Shown: positions 63,780 to 64,000 of the stretch, piece by piece
Position numbering within the stretch: position 1 is the first letter of the stretch
Layout of the letters: the number at the start of each line of letters is the position of its first letter
Source: a bacterium
Lineage (GTDB): Bacteria > Armatimonadota > Fimbriimonadia > Fimbriimonadales > Fimbriimonadaceae
DNA: 64,000 nucleotides
Assembly: GCA_037189405.1 (NCBI GenBank)
Contig: JBBCJD010000003.1
Location: 84,824-148,823 of the forward strand
Reading direction: 5' to 3'
Position numbers and translations under genes: made by a program
Notes under the pieces: generated by a model
What the model was told of the DNA's origin: nothing
Seen by the model: only the letters and a program-made list of their open reading frames with translations
Databases searched by the model: none

Positions 63780-63935
63780 TCAAACGATGGTGAAACGATC
63801 CAGCTCGCAGACCAGATCGTAGCCGTCGTACAGGAAGTAGATCCGCCCGGCAGAAGTCTCCTTCCAGGCCCGAAGCCCGTCCGCGCGGTAGCCCGCCGTC
63901 ATCACCGTCCCCACGCTCGTCAGGCGGTTCCCCGG
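63780..63935 (-). pseudogene. Isolated RHS/YD-repeat fragment
   Basis: Minus strand PGNRLTSVGTVMTAGYRADGLRAWKETSAGRIYFLYDGYDLVCELDRFTIV*, bounded upstream by an in-frame TGA. NRLTS and YxYDxxG-like YD-repeat signatures. Confidence 0.45.
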
Positions 63936-64000
63936 TCAACAAACTGAAACGATTTCCGTGAACTGAGATTAAGGCCTTGCCTGAACATATTCAGGACTAC

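Overview
High-GC (roughly 60-65% by eye) bacterial chromosomal segment, mostly core housekeeping genes. The DUF1559/H-X9-DG pseudopilin, PilQ-like secretin and Firmicutes-like rplQ-truA-rplM-rpsI order suggest an Armatimonadota/Planctomycetota-like lineage, but I cannot place it from sequence alone. Recognisable content: a 5'-partial secretin, purN, plsC-like, YceI, a glycosyltransferase, a beta-helix exoprotein, a PadR/DUF1700/pseudopilin operon, tRNA-Lys(UUU), purM and initiator tRNA-Met. Then the methylcrotonyl-CoA carboxylase beta subunit, an HNH protein with parA-parB, lepB with a NUDIX and a redoxin gene, and an ECF sigma/anti-sigma pair. Also a partial complex I cluster (nuoH-J-K-L-M-N), a GGDEF gene, uvrB, pyrD, trxB, infA, a rpsU-ybeY-dgkA-CNNM block and a TolC/MFP/MacB-type permease set. 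The right end holds the rpmJ-rpsM-rpsK-rpoA-rplQ-truA-rplM-rpsI cluster, two tandem thioredoxin-like genes, TspO and a lower-GC arsR-arsI-arsC-aquaporin island. I found no CRISPR array, cas genes, prophage, integrase, intact transposase or recognisable defence system. The unusual signals are: (1) two extra genes translationally coupled inside the nuo cluster, a 42-codon membrane micro-ORF between nuoL and nuoM and a truncated URO-D-like gene between nuoM and nuoN; (2) long intergenic spacers filled with diverged tandem repeats, at least three of which start inside the 3' end of a flanking gene; (3) several gene relics or frame disruptions (rpsU, fabH, a DUF1559 3' end, a PadR-like gene, an RHS fragment), meaning either real gene decay or assembly indels; (4) a xylose-isomerase homolog with degraded catalytic motifs. 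All family calls rest on motif recognition by eye, and start codons are my best choice within the supplied ORFs.
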